A stretch of DNA of 64,000 nt from Chloroflexi bacterium CFX3. GTDB taxonomy: Bacteria > Chloroflexota > Anaerolineae > Aggregatilineales > UBA2796. The DNA is taken from NCBI GenBank assembly GCA_030263685.1, contig SZPJ01000003.1, forward strand, positions 336,073 through 400,072, given 5' to 3'. Both the position numbers and the translations under genes were made by a program. Positions 35,772-44,862 of this stretch are shown one piece after another (the stretch's first letter is position 1; each line of letters opens with the position of its first letter). The notes under the pieces are model-generated. The model was not told the DNA's origin, made no database searches, and worked only from the letters and a program-made list of their open reading frames with translations.

Positions 35772-38246
35772 ATGCTCTGCGACCTGCACTTTCTCCACAG
35801 TGGCGCTGACTGGCACATCAGGCAGCACGGCGCCCAAATTACGCGCCACCAACACGGCACCTTTCGGCACGCTGACCGCAATACGCGCCTTCAAGGCGAC
35901 GGCGCCGCTCGCTAGGCGCACTTCCACAATCTCGCCCTCGCTGATGCCAAGCGCTTTAGCATCTTCCCAGTTTAGCAGCGCATAAGGCGCCGGAATGTGT
36001 GAATGCAGCAGCGCCGCACTGGCGGCAAAGGTTGGCTTGCGGTCATAGAGTTCCGTGATCGGCACAATCAGCAGTTCACCCTTGCCCACCTTAGGCAGTT
36101 TGGCAGCCTTCACTTTCTCCGCCTTCACCGTCTCGCCACGCTCAGCGGCAGTTGCCCACTGCACGCCTAGCCCGCCTTTGTTATCGTAGGCTGTGCCGCC
36201 ATAGTAGAGGTCAGCGCCGCCCACATCCGGGAACTGCTTTTCGACCTTTGCCAAAGTCGGGTAGCTCATTTGGGCGTAGATTGGCACGTTTTGCGTGATG
36301 CTCTGCATGACTGCTGCCGCTGAAAGTTTTGGCTTTGCGCCGCCCAGCAGCTTGCCAAGTTCGGCAAAGGCACGCCAGTCAGGGCGTGTATGCTCAAGCG
36401 GCGTTTGCGCGGTGTAGAAACGCTGCACACGGCGCTCACCGTTGGTGAATGTGCCATCGCGCTCAGCGAAACTTTGGCGCGGCAGCACAACATCTGCCTG
36501 CTGTGCGGTTGCCGTCAGGAACAGCTCCGAGACGACGAGGAAGGTATCCTTGCGCGCTTGCAAGGCGGCTGCGCTCAGCGCGTCACTGCCGATCAAGTCG
36601 GCATCGGCAAGCAACAGCACCTTAGGCAGCTGCTCAAGCAAGGACTCGGTCGCTTCTGCCGAATAGCCTAGATCAAAAGCACCCTGCGTGTTAGCGCCTG
36701 CCCACACACCGATCAAGCCGTTGTTAGGCTTGCCATAATGCCCTGTCTCGATCAGCTTGTTGGCAGCCGCCTGCATCAGGGCAGCGTGCGCGGCGCGATC
36801 CATCCCTTCACCACCTGCGAGGAGGATGACATTGGTCAGCCCATCAAGGTTCAGGGCGTTCAGGGCATCCACTTCGCCGCCATAATTCGGGCGGATGATG
36901 TCACCCTTGCCCTTCACAAAACGATCCAGCTCCGTGTAGCGCGCATTGATGGTGATCAGGCGCACACCGCGATCTGCGGCAACTTTGGCGCGCAAATACC
37001 AGATGGGCGCTTCTTCTTCAAGGTCGGTGGCAACCACAACAATCGCGTCGCCCTTACCCAAATCCTTGAAGTTTGTGCCAACGCCCACACCAACGGCTGC
37101 CACCTGTGCTGCGCCCGTCAAGCGGTAGGGATAGACGCCTAGCTGCGCGCCGCCAACATGCTGCACCAATTGGCGCAGTTCCCACAAGTCCTCGTTGGAG
37201 AGCATTCCGCCAGCAATCGCGCCGACGCTGGTGCCGGCTGCCTGCATTTGCTCCGCGATGACACTCAGCGCCTTTTCCCATGTGGCAGGCACCAGTTTTC
37301 CGTTGTGGCGCACCAGTGGACGGCTCAGGCGCTCGGCATGGCGTGCGTGGTGATGCCCAAAGCGCCCTTTGTCGCAAATCCACGTCTCGTTCACGCCCTC
37401 ATGCTGGCGCGGCATAATGCGCTTCACAACGATCTTGCCGCCGGCTTCACGGTCTAGGCGCGTGCTGGCACTGGTGTTGCAGCCAACGGGGCAGTGTGGG
37501 CAAAGGCTTGGCACTTCGGTGAGTTCCCACGGGCGTGCGCCAAAGCGGAAATCAGCAGTGGTGAGCGCGCCGACGGGACAAATATCAGTGGTGTTGCCGC
37601 TGAAGTAGGTATCGAAAGGTGGATTGCTGGTCGTCACGATCTGGAGGCGGCGTCCGCGCTCGTGGAAGGCAAGCACTGCATCGCCCACATATTCTTCTTG
37701 GAAGCGCGTGCAGCGCGCACACTGAATGCAGCGCTCACGGTCGAGGAAGATCAGATCGCCCAGTGGATAGTGCTTGGCAAGGTGCATCTTCTCATCAAAG
37801 ACGAAACGGCTTTCGCCTGCACCGTGCTGCATGGTCAGGTTTTGCAGTGGACACTCGCCGCCTTTATCGCAAACAGGGCAATCTAACGGGTGGCTGGTCA
37901 GGATGAACTCGATAATGTCATCGCGGGCAACCTTCACTGCCTCCGTGGTCGTCCGCATGGTCATGCCGTCAGTGACGGTCTGCGTGCAGGCAGTGGCAAG
38001 TTTAGGTTGCCAACGCACCTTGAGTTTGCCGTTTTCGTCGGTCAGAAATTCGCCACTGGCGCGATCTATCTCAACCTGACCCAGTTCAACGAGGCACATG
38101 CGACACATGCCGACAGGTGCTAATTTAGGATGATAGCAAAAGACGGGAACATCATTCCCATGCAACTTTGCCGCATCCACAAGGTTCATGCCCTTCGGGA
38201 CGCGGTATTCAACGTCATCAATAAACAGGCGAACAGTGTCAACCAT
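35766..38246 (-). CDS. nuoG: NADH-quinone oxidoreductase subunit G (long form)
   Basis: N-terminal 2Fe-2S and 4Fe-4S motifs ('CYHPKLAPVGMCRMCLVE', 'HPLDCPVCDKGGECPLQ', 'CIQCARCTRF') are followed by a molybdopterin-like domain. The start is at MVDTV (38246). Confidence 0.9.
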   Translation of the reverse strand: MVDTVRLFIDDVEYRVPKGMNLVDAAKLHGNDVPVFCYHPKLAPVGMCRMCLVELGQVEIDRASGEFLTDENGKLKVRWQPKLATACTQTVTDGMTMRTTTEAVKVARDDIIEFILTSHPLDCPVCDKGGECPLQNLTMQHGAGESRFVFDEKMHLAKHYPLGDLIFLDRERCIQCARCTRFQEEYVGDAVLAFHERGRRLQIVTTSNPPFDTYFSGNTTDICPVGALTTADFRFGARPWELTEVPSLCPHCPVGCNTSASTRLDREAGGKIVVKRIMPRQHEGVNETWICDKGRFGHHHARHAERLSRPLVRHNGKLVPATWEKALSVIAEQMQAAGTSVGAIAGGMLSNEDLWELRQLVQHVGGAQLGVYPYRLTGAAQVAAVGVGVGTNFKDLGKGDAIVVVATDLEEEAPIWYLRAKVAADRGVRLITINARYTELDRFVKGKGDIIRPNYGGEVDALNALNLDGLTNVILLAGGEGMDRAAHAALMQAAANKLIETGHYGKPNNGLIGVWAGANTQGAFDLGYSAEATESLLEQLPKVLLLADADLIGSDALSAAALQARKDTFLVVSELFLTATAQQADVVLPRQSFAERDGTFTNGERRVQRFYTAQTPLEHTRPDWRAFAELGKLLGGAKPKLSAAAVMQSITQNVPIYAQMSYPTLAKVEKQFPDVGGADLYYGGTAYDNKGGLGVQWATAAERGETVKAEKVKAAKLPKVGKGELLIVPITELYDRKPTFAASAALLHSHIPAPYALLNWEDAKALGISEGEIVEVRLASGAVALKARIAVSVPKGAVLVARNLGAVLPDVPVSATVEKVQVAEHV

Positions 38247-38640
38247 GAAAGTGTGCCTCCGTCTCTGGATTGTATACATCACGCTTTATCTGCACGTTTT
38301 CCACCAACATCAAGCCATATTTGCCAAGTGCCTTAAGTTGATCGAACACTGTGCGCGCACCTAGCTCACGGATGCTCTCACGAAGTGTTGCATCGTGAAC
38401 ATTGATGGTGTGAATATCTATTTGGTATGGGTAGACTTCAAACACAAGGTCGCCATCATTCTGAAGTGTGTGCGTGCCTAAGGCAAGCGCCCAACCCTGA
38501 TCAGAACGCAACGCCCGAAATGCGATATGGGAATTATCCTGAACAGGCTGCCATGTGATGCCAAGCAGTGTGCTAAGCTCCTCAGCAAACACATCAAGCG
38601 GTGTTTGGGCTTGAATAAAGATTGACAGGTCTCTAGACAT
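38239..38640 (-). CDS. Hypothetical 133-aa protein embedded in the nuo operon. Its stop overlaps the nuoG start as ATGGTTGA.
   Basis: Intact ORF with no recognisable motif. It overlaps the nuoG start by 8 nt, indicating translational coupling. Confidence 0.5.
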   Translation of the reverse strand: MSRDLSIFIQAQTPLDVFAEELSTLLGITWQPVQDNSHIAFRALRSDQGWALALGTHTLQNDGDLVFEVYPYQIDIHTINVHDATLRESIRELGARTVFDQLKALGKYGLMLVENVQIKRDVYNPETEAHFHG

Positions 38641-38733
38641 TAGGTTTCATCACTTCCTGCCACAGGGCTAAAATGGTGACTCACATCAAAAGAGTTTCCA
38701 ACTACACGCAACACATCTAGTTTACCCTCAATA

Positions 38734-39069
38734 TTATTGCACCCCTGAGATGCGCCGAAAAGCACGTTCAATCTCTAGTTCATCAAGTGCTGTACCACGC
38801 ACATCTAGAATAATGTGTCGCGCCTGTCCACCACCTCTTAACGCTTGCTGAACGCAGTTTAGGATAGTTTTACTGGTCGGGCTGGCAGCTAACCGCTTAA
38901 ACTCAGTCGGTACACCATCCACAAGAGCATCAGGGTGACGTCCATCCCCTGTTTCTGGTAGTGCTTTTACATGACATCCTCGTTCAACAAGATATATTGC
39001 CAAAGCTCGTTCATCTTCTGAGAACGCCCGTTCAGACTCGTCAATTGTACCTTGCAGTGGTAGCATCAC
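38734..39069 (-). CDS. Hypothetical 111-aa protein with a PD-(D/E)xK-like motif; small Hjc/YraN-like nuclease fold (tentative)
   Basis: 'RGCHVKALPETGDGRHPDALVDGVPTEFKRL' resembles the Gly-rich loop ... PD ... ExK arrangement of small restriction-endonuclease-fold proteins. Its start overlaps the upstream stop as ATGA. Confidence 0.45.
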   Translation of the reverse strand: MMLPLQGTIDESERAFSEDERALAIYLVERGCHVKALPETGDGRHPDALVDGVPTEFKRLAASPTSKTILNCVQQALRGGGQARHIILDVRGTALDELEIERAFRRISGVQ

Positions 39070-39578
39070 ACACTCTGTGTGCAGCGCCGCAGCCCTTCTA
39101 GGGCGCGTTCTGCCAGAATGCTGTGAATGTAGCCCCAGTCCGTCTCACCCGCCGCCGAAATCAGATGTAAGCCCCTCTGAAAATCTTCGGCTGCCGCCAC
39201 CTGATCGCCGTAGTCGAGCAGTGCCTCGCCGCGCAGCACATAGTTTATCGGATTATCGGGCGCGGCGGAAATCGCAAGTTCTAAGGCAAGGATGCGCTCC
39301 GTTAAATTATTTGCCCGTGCGGCTTGCCACCAACTCCGTTTCTTTGGCTTCTCTGCTTCATCCTCTAAAGCGACATCGGTTGGGACGGCGAATACGTCAG
39401 GCGCTAGCCATGCCTCCGAAAGTTCGGCTGGCACTTCAGGCGCACGCGCAGACTCGGTCAGATTTTCCGCCGAGTCCACCTCAGCCGCACGCCTTTCGCT
39501 GCTAGTCTCCATCCGCGGTGAATCGGCATCTTCGTTGGAGTCGGTTGATGTTGGCAGATTGCGTTCGACTTCAGACAT
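39066..39578 (-). CDS. Hypothetical 170-aa protein: acidic, low-complexity N-terminal half plus a C-terminal TPR-like helical hairpin
   Basis: N-terminus 'STDSNEDADSPRMETSSERRAAEVDSAENLTESARAPEVPAELSE' is rich in D/E/S. The C-terminus 'NYVLRGEALLDYGDQVAAAEDFQRGLHL' is TPR-like. It lies 61 nt downstream of the nuoF stop. Confidence 0.5.
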   Translation of the reverse strand: MSEVERNLPTSTDSNEDADSPRMETSSERRAAEVDSAENLTESARAPEVPAELSEAWLAPDVFAVPTDVALEDEAEKPKKRSWWQAARANNLTERILALELAISAAPDNPINYVLRGEALLDYGDQVAAAEDFQRGLHLISAAGETDWGYIHSILAERALEGLRRCTQSV

Positions 39579-39639
39579 GAGCTAATCCTTAAAGCAGGGC
39601 GCGGCGTAACACGCCCTGCTGTTATGCATAGCGAATTGC

Positions 39640-40953
39640 CTAGTCACCGGCGACGGCAGCCGCCTCAGCCGCTGGTTTGCGGGCAGGTGCTTTGGTGGCT
39701 GGCACGGGCTTGGCTGGCTCTACATAGGCGTAGAACTCATCACGCCAATACTTCAGGGCGCTCAGCACTGGGCTGGTGGCAAAATCGCCTAGCGCGCATA
39801 GGCTTTTGCCCTGCATTTGGACAGCCACCGACTCAATCAGGGCAACATCTGCCTTGGTTGCCGTCTTGTGATAGATTGCCGAGAGGCGCTGTTCCAGCCA
39901 GTAGGTGCCTTCGCGGCAGGGCGTGCATTTGCCGCAGCTTTCATGGCGGAAGAACTTGATCATCTTCAGGGCTGCCCAAACCATATCGGTATCTTCATCC
40001 AAGATGATGACCGACGCCGAACCAAGTGTTGAGCCAAGCGCGGCAACGTCTTCATAGGTCAGTGGCGTATCCAGCACTTTGTCCGTGGCAGGCAGCAGCG
40101 GACCTGAAGCACCGCTGGGCAGAATTGCCTTTAACTGCTTGCCATCGCGCACGCCGCCCGCCAGTTCGATCAGTTGGCGGAAGGTGCTGCCAAGCGGCAG
40201 TTCATAGTTGCCGGGCTTGGCAATATGCCCACTCATGCAGAAGATTTTCGGCCCGGGCGATTTTTCCGTGCCGATGCTCTTATACCACGCCGCGCCGTTC
40301 ACGATGATCGGCGGCACATTGGCGAGAGTCTCCACATTATTGATGACCGTTGGGCGTGCGTACAAGCCCGCCACCGCTGGGAACGGCGGACGCACACGCG
40401 GCTGCCCAAGTTTGCCCTCAATGCTGTTGAGCATGGCACTTTCTTCGCCGCAGATATAGGCGCCGGCGCCCCAGTGTACGTAAATTTCACAGCCCCAGTC
40501 CGCGCCGCCGATTTTTTCACCGACCCAGCCGCCTGCCCGTGCCTTCTCAACCTCGCGCTCGATGTTGAAGCCAATATCCCAGAACTCGCCGCGCACATAG
40601 ATGTAGATGGCGCTTGCCTGAATAGCATAGGCGCAGATCAGCGCACCTTCGATCAGTTGTTGCGTATTCTTCTCTAGGATTTGGCGATCCTTGAAGGTGC
40701 CCGGCTCAGATTCATCAGCGTTGACGACCACATATTTCGGGCCTTCCACCTCTGGCACGAACGACCACTTCATGCCCGCCGAGAAGCCTGCACCGCCGCG
40801 CCCACGCAAGTTGGACTCTTTCACGAGGGCGATCACCTCTTTGGGTGACATGCTCAGTGCTTTCTTCAGTCCTTCATAGCCGCCGTGCTGCACGTAAACA
40901 TCATACGTGCCAATATCGGCGATCTCTTGGTCACGCAGCAAAATGTTCGCCAT
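39640..40953 (-). CDS. nuoF: NADH-quinone oxidoreductase subunit F
   Basis: The NADH/FMN-binding region 'GRGGAGFSAGMKW', the 'CGKCTPCREG' 4Fe-4S motif, and a length of 437 aa. Confidence 0.9.
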   Translation of the reverse strand: MANILLRDQEIADIGTYDVYVQHGGYEGLKKALSMSPKEVIALVKESNLRGRGGAGFSAGMKWSFVPEVEGPKYVVVNADESEPGTFKDRQILEKNTQQLIEGALICAYAIQASAIYIYVRGEFWDIGFNIEREVEKARAGGWVGEKIGGADWGCEIYVHWGAGAYICGEESAMLNSIEGKLGQPRVRPPFPAVAGLYARPTVINNVETLANVPPIIVNGAAWYKSIGTEKSPGPKIFCMSGHIAKPGNYELPLGSTFRQLIELAGGVRDGKQLKAILPSGASGPLLPATDKVLDTPLTYEDVAALGSTLGSASVIILDEDTDMVWAALKMIKFFRHESCGKCTPCREGTYWLEQRLSAIYHKTATKADVALIESVAVQMQGKSLCALGDFATSPVLSALKYWRDEFYAYVEPAKPVPATKAPARKPAAEAAAVAGD

Positions 40954-40959
40954 GATTTT

Positions 40960-41547
40960 TTATAATCCCTCTCCACCCAACTCATCATTGTCTGTGTTGT
41001 CTGTGTCTGTTTTGGCTAACTCAGCGTGTTCTTCAAGCAGGCTTGCCGGCGGTGCGTCTTCCGGTGTGGGTACCTCTAAGGGCGGCGGATTGGCGGCAAG
41101 CGCCAAGCTGAACGCCACCAGTCCACTGAATAACATCAGGCTGAAGCCGCAGACTGCCACCATCGCACCGTTATAGAGCGCCATGCTGCCCGCATAGCCC
41201 ATCCCAAGCAGCGCCATCAGCATCACACCGATCAACGCGCCGCGTCTGCCGCGCCGCCACGCCACTGCTGCACTGCCCACACCGATCAGCAGCACAGGAT
41301 AGATCAGCGCATCGCTCACCAAGCCACCTGTATCGCGCTGCTCTAGGCGCAGCACCAAGCGCTGCGGGTGCGTCATGGTAACCCATGCGGCATCCTCACC
41401 GCGTGGCGAACGCCACTGCATCAGCGTGAGGGCGAGCAGCGCCAGTGCCGCACCCATGAAGGCCAGCAGCAGCAAACCACGCAGCGACTCAAGGGCTGGC
41501 GGGTGCTGTGCTGCCTCAGGCATCGGGATGATCGCGTTTTGTGACAT
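40960..41547 (-). CDS. Hypothetical 4-TM membrane protein embedded between nuoE and nuoF
   Basis: Four hydrophobic helices and an acidic C-terminal tail 'TDTDNTDNDELGGEGL'. Its stop lies 6 nt before the nuoF start. It overlaps the upstream GNAT gene by 32 nt. Confidence 0.5.
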   Translation of the reverse strand: MSQNAIIPMPEAAQHPPALESLRGLLLLAFMGAALALLALTLMQWRSPRGEDAAWVTMTHPQRLVLRLEQRDTGGLVSDALIYPVLLIGVGSAAVAWRRGRRGALIGVMLMALLGMGYAGSMALYNGAMVAVCGFSLMLFSGLVAFSLALAANPPPLEVPTPEDAPPASLLEEHAELAKTDTDNTDNDELGGEGL

Positions 41548-41941
41548 AGTAAATTTGCTCCACGCGATAGCCTGCCTTCTGAAAGAGCGCTAGGCTGGCC
41601 GCATTGTGATGTTCGATTAAGGCGGCGTGAATTTCTAGGTTAAGCCCACGCAAATGTGCCTCTGCTGCCTGAATGAGCGCCATGCCCACGCCGCGCCGCT
41701 GAAAAGCTGGCAACACCGCTAAACGGTTTATCCAGCCCTTGCGCCCGTCCTGTGTAACCAGTGCCACGCCGACCAGTTGATCGTCAGCATAAGCGCCGAG
41801 AGCAGCCTGCCCGTTTGCCTGCTGCTGTGCGAAGCGTTCACGGCTATCGCGCCCTGTATGGCGCACCGTGAGTGCGGCAGCTTGCCACACGCCGATGATG
41901 GCATCATAGTCTGCGGTGCTGAGTAGACGCACGGTAAGCAT
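41516..41941 (-). CDS. GNAT-family N-acetyltransferase
   Basis: 'LAVLPAFQRRGVGMALIQAAE' is acetyl-CoA-binding motif A (Q/RxxGxG/A). 141 aa. It lies 11 nt downstream of the nuoE stop. Confidence 0.75.
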   Translation of the reverse strand: MLTVRLLSTADYDAIIGVWQAAALTVRHTGRDSRERFAQQQANGQAALGAYADDQLVGVALVTQDGRKGWINRLAVLPAFQRRGVGMALIQAAEAHLRGLNLEIHAALIEHHNAASLALFQKAGYRVEQIYYVTKRDHPDA

Positions 41942-41952
41942 GGTCGGCTATG

Positions 41953-42453
41953 TTAATCGCCGCTTGGCTGCGCTTCAGCGGCTGCTTCGGCGCGCCACTG
42001 CTCCAGCAGCGCCTTCATCTTCTCCATGTCCAGATGTTCCACAAAGCGGAAATTGCATTGGAGCATTGGCGCACGGTCGCAAGCGGCAAGGCACATCACA
42101 TGCTCAACGGTGAACAAGCCGTCGGGTGTGGTGCCGCCTTCTTCAATGCCGAGATGTTCAAGCAAATCGTGGTGGAACTTATCCGCGCCGACTAAGGCAC
42201 AAGGCAGGTCAGTGCAGACTTGCAGCCAATATTTGCCCTTGGGCGTCTCGCGGTACATGGTGTAGAAGCCCGCGATGGATTTGACCTGTGTTGGGTCAAT
42301 CTCGCACAAGTCCGCCACGTCGTTAATGCCTTCGGGCGAAACATAGCCGTAATGCTCTTGGGCAAGGTAGAGCAGCGGCATAATTGCCGAACGCTTATCG
42401 GGATATTTGGCGAAAATCTTAGCGATTTGCTCTGCGTATTTCTCTTTTAGCAC
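41953..42453 (-). CDS. nuoE: NADH-quinone oxidoreductase subunit E
   Basis: The thioredoxin-like 2Fe-2S cysteines ('CTDLPCAL', 'CLAACDRAP') and a length of 166 aa. Confidence 0.9.
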   Translation of the reverse strand: MLKEKYAEQIAKIFAKYPDKRSAIMPLLYLAQEHYGYVSPEGINDVADLCEIDPTQVKSIAGFYTMYRETPKGKYWLQVCTDLPCALVGADKFHHDLLEHLGIEEGGTTPDGLFTVEHVMCLAACDRAPMLQCNFRFVEHLDMEKMKALLEQWRAEAAAEAQPSGD

Positions 42454-42500
42454 GGTTTATTCATCCTGATTGCTGGTGTGCTGCGCAACGCCTTCTCAAA

Positions 42501-42758
42501 TTATCCTGCATCGCTGCCGTGTTGTGCAATTAGTTCATCCAGAGCGCTTTCGCCGACTACAACACCACTGCTGTGGAAGCGCTCCACCTCGATTTGACCA
42601 TCTTCAAAAAACTCGACTTCCCAACGCTCGCCCGGCACACTGATGGTCACCATAATTGAATCGCGCACATGCTCTAGACGATACCAAATGTGATGTGTAT
42701 CCAACTGATCCAAAAAGGAAAGTACCTTACCAAGCGCACTTTGTATGCCTATGCTCAT
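42501..42758 (-). CDS. Hypothetical 85-aa protein embedded between nuoD and nuoE
   Basis: No recognisable motif. Its start overlaps the stop of the upstream 68-aa ORF by 4 nt. Confidence 0.4.
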   Translation of the reverse strand: MSIGIQSALGKVLSFLDQLDTHHIWYRLEHVRDSIMVTISVPGERWEVEFFEDGQIEVERFHSSGVVVGESALDELIAQHGSDAG

Positions 42759-42961
42759 TTGTCGAATCTCCGATCTGTTAACAACTTACGGATTGTTCGA
42801 TAACCGGGCAAGCCATTACGCACACCGCGTTCAATGTCTTCCCAAGTCATCTCTTGAAGATCGTCCCAACTCGGCGAGCCTGCTTCAAGAGGAGCATTTT
42901 TAATGCTCCCCTTTTTGCGCTTCAAAATCTCAATGACCTTTTCTTTCGGATCAGGTGACAC
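42755..42961 (-). CDS. Hypothetical 68-aa basic/acidic protein embedded between nuoD and nuoE
   Basis: 'MSPDPKEKVIEILKRKKGSIKNAPLEAGSPSWDDLQEMTWEDIERGV...'. It starts 8 nt after the nuoD stop. Confidence 0.4.
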   Translation of the reverse strand: MSPDPKEKVIEILKRKKGSIKNAPLEAGSPSWDDLQEMTWEDIERGVRNGLPGYRTIRKLLTDRRFDK

Positions 42962-42969
42962 GGCTCAGG

Positions 42970-44250
42970 CTACCGATCACAGTCGCCCAGCACAATATCC
43001 ACACTGCCAATGATACCAACCAAATCAGCCAGCATACCATCTTTAGCCATCTTCGGGATAGCGCCCATAGTATGCACATAAGAAGGCGTGCGGAAATGCA
43101 CACGGTGCGGACGGTTGCCACCATCACTGCTCAGGAAGCAGCTTAGCTCACCCCGCGGACTCTCAATCGAGACGTATACCTCGCCTTCGGGCAGGCTGAA
43201 GCCTTCCGTCCACAGCTTGAAGTGGTGGATGACCGCTTCCATGCTGCGCCCTAGCTCCGAGCGCGGCGGCGGCACATACTTACGGTTATTGCTGCGGAAG
43301 GCGGCGGGCGCTTTCTCCAAACGCGCCAACGCCTGATTGATAATCCGCACCGATTGGTAGAGTTCCTTCATGCGGATGTAGAAGCGATCATAGACATCGC
43401 CATGTTCACCGAGCGGCACATCAAACTGGTAGGTCTCGTAGCCCATGTAGGGCATCGCCTTGCGGATATCCCAGTTTACGCCGCTCCCGCGCAAGGTAGG
43501 TCCTGTGCAGCCGTAGGCGAGCGCGTCCTCAGGCGTAATGACGCCAATGCCTTGTGTGCGGTCAATCCACAGCGGATTATTGACCAGGAGTGTTTCGTAC
43601 TCTTCGATCTTGGCAGGGAAGTAATCCATGAACGCCTTCACCGCCGGGATAAATTCGGCTGGCACATCGCGCCACAAGCCGCCCGGACGGAAATAGGTAC
43701 TCATCATGCGCTGCCCACTGACCATCTCGAAAATATCGAGGATCATCTCCCGCTCGCGCATGGCGTAGAGAAAGACGCTCATAGCGCCCATATCAAGGCA
43801 GTGTGTGCCAAGCCACACCAAATGGCTGTTGATGCGCGTTAGCTCTGCCAGCAGCACGCGCACAATCTGAGCGCGCTCTGGCACGTCTAGCTCGGCAATC
43901 TTCTCGATAGCAAGGCAGTACACCAAGTTGTTACCCATCGGGTTCAGGTAGTCCATACGATCAGTCATGGTGATTGCCTGCTCGTAAGTCTTGGACTCCA
44001 TGCTCTTTTCAATACCGGTGTGCAGGTAGCCTACATCCGGAATGCAGCTTACAACCGTCTCGCCATCCAGTTCCAGCAGCAGGCGCAGCACACCGTGCGT
44101 GCTAGGGTGCTGCGGACCCATGTTCAAGAGCATTGTTTCGCCCGTCAGCGCACGCGGCGAAACCAACCCTTGCAGCTCTTGGACGGTGCCTTCCCACTCG
44201 GTGACGCCGGTGCTATGCCCGGTGCTGTTTAATAAAGGACGCTCACTCAT
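42970..44250 (-). CDS. nuoD: NADH-quinone oxidoreductase subunit D
   Basis: 49-kDa subunit features: 'GPQHPSTHGVLRL', 'RMDYLNPM' and a length of 426 aa. Confidence 0.9.
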   Translation of the reverse strand: MSERPLLNSTGHSTGVTEWEGTVQELQGLVSPRALTGETMLLNMGPQHPSTHGVLRLLLELDGETVVSCIPDVGYLHTGIEKSMESKTYEQAITMTDRMDYLNPMGNNLVYCLAIEKIAELDVPERAQIVRVLLAELTRINSHLVWLGTHCLDMGAMSVFLYAMREREMILDIFEMVSGQRMMSTYFRPGGLWRDVPAEFIPAVKAFMDYFPAKIEEYETLLVNNPLWIDRTQGIGVITPEDALAYGCTGPTLRGSGVNWDIRKAMPYMGYETYQFDVPLGEHGDVYDRFYIRMKELYQSVRIINQALARLEKAPAAFRSNNRKYVPPPRSELGRSMEAVIHHFKLWTEGFSLPEGEVYVSIESPRGELSCFLSSDGGNRPHRVHFRTPSYVHTMGAIPKMAKDGMLADLVGIIGSVDIVLGDCDR

Positions 44251-44284
44251 GGCAATCTTTTCCTCATCGCGGCTCGGTTAGGCG

Positions 44285-44812
44285 TTATTCGGTGGCGCGT
44301 GGCTTCAGGCGTTCAATATCATCATAGTTGAAGCTGAACTGCACTTGTTCATAGCCAAGTGGATAATCTTTGCGCTGTGGATGACCATCCCAATCTTCGG
44401 GCATTAAGACGCGGCGCAGGCTTGGATGCCCTTCAAAGATGATGCCCATCATGTCGTATGCCTCACGTTCTTCCCAATCGGCAGATGCCCACACAGAGGT
44501 GACGCTTGGCAAGCGCGGATCATCACCCGAAATGTATGCTTTCAGGCGCAGGCGGCGCGTGTAGAGCATTGAATACAGGTGATAGCACAGCGCAAAGCGC
44601 GGCTCTTTCGGGAAGTAATCCACTGCCGTGATGTCCGAGAGGAAAATATATTCAAGCCCTTCCGTATCGCGGAAGAACTGGCAGACTTCCACAATGCGCT
44701 GTGGGTCTACGATAATGGTCGTCTCGCCGCGAAATTCCACCACGTCAAGCACAGCGTCTTTTAGGGTCAGCTTTGCCAAATCAACAGGATCAAGTGGTTG
44801 TTGCATGTTCAC
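44285..44812 (-). CDS. nuoC: NADH-quinone oxidoreductase subunit C
   Basis: 30-kDa subunit fold: '[24 protein letters not shown]'. Confidence 0.9.
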   Translation of the reverse strand: MNMQQPLDPVDLAKLTLKDAVLDVVEFRGETTIIVDPQRIVEVCQFFRDTEGLEYIFLSDITAVDYFPKEPRFALCYHLYSMLYTRRLRLKAYISGDDPRLPSVTSVWASADWEEREAYDMMGIIFEGHPSLRRVLMPEDWDGHPQRKDYPLGYEQVQFSFNYDDIERLKPRATE

Positions 44813-44862
44813 CTTGCCTCATGGATAAAGAATGGGCGGCTTGAACCGCCCAAGGGAATGCG

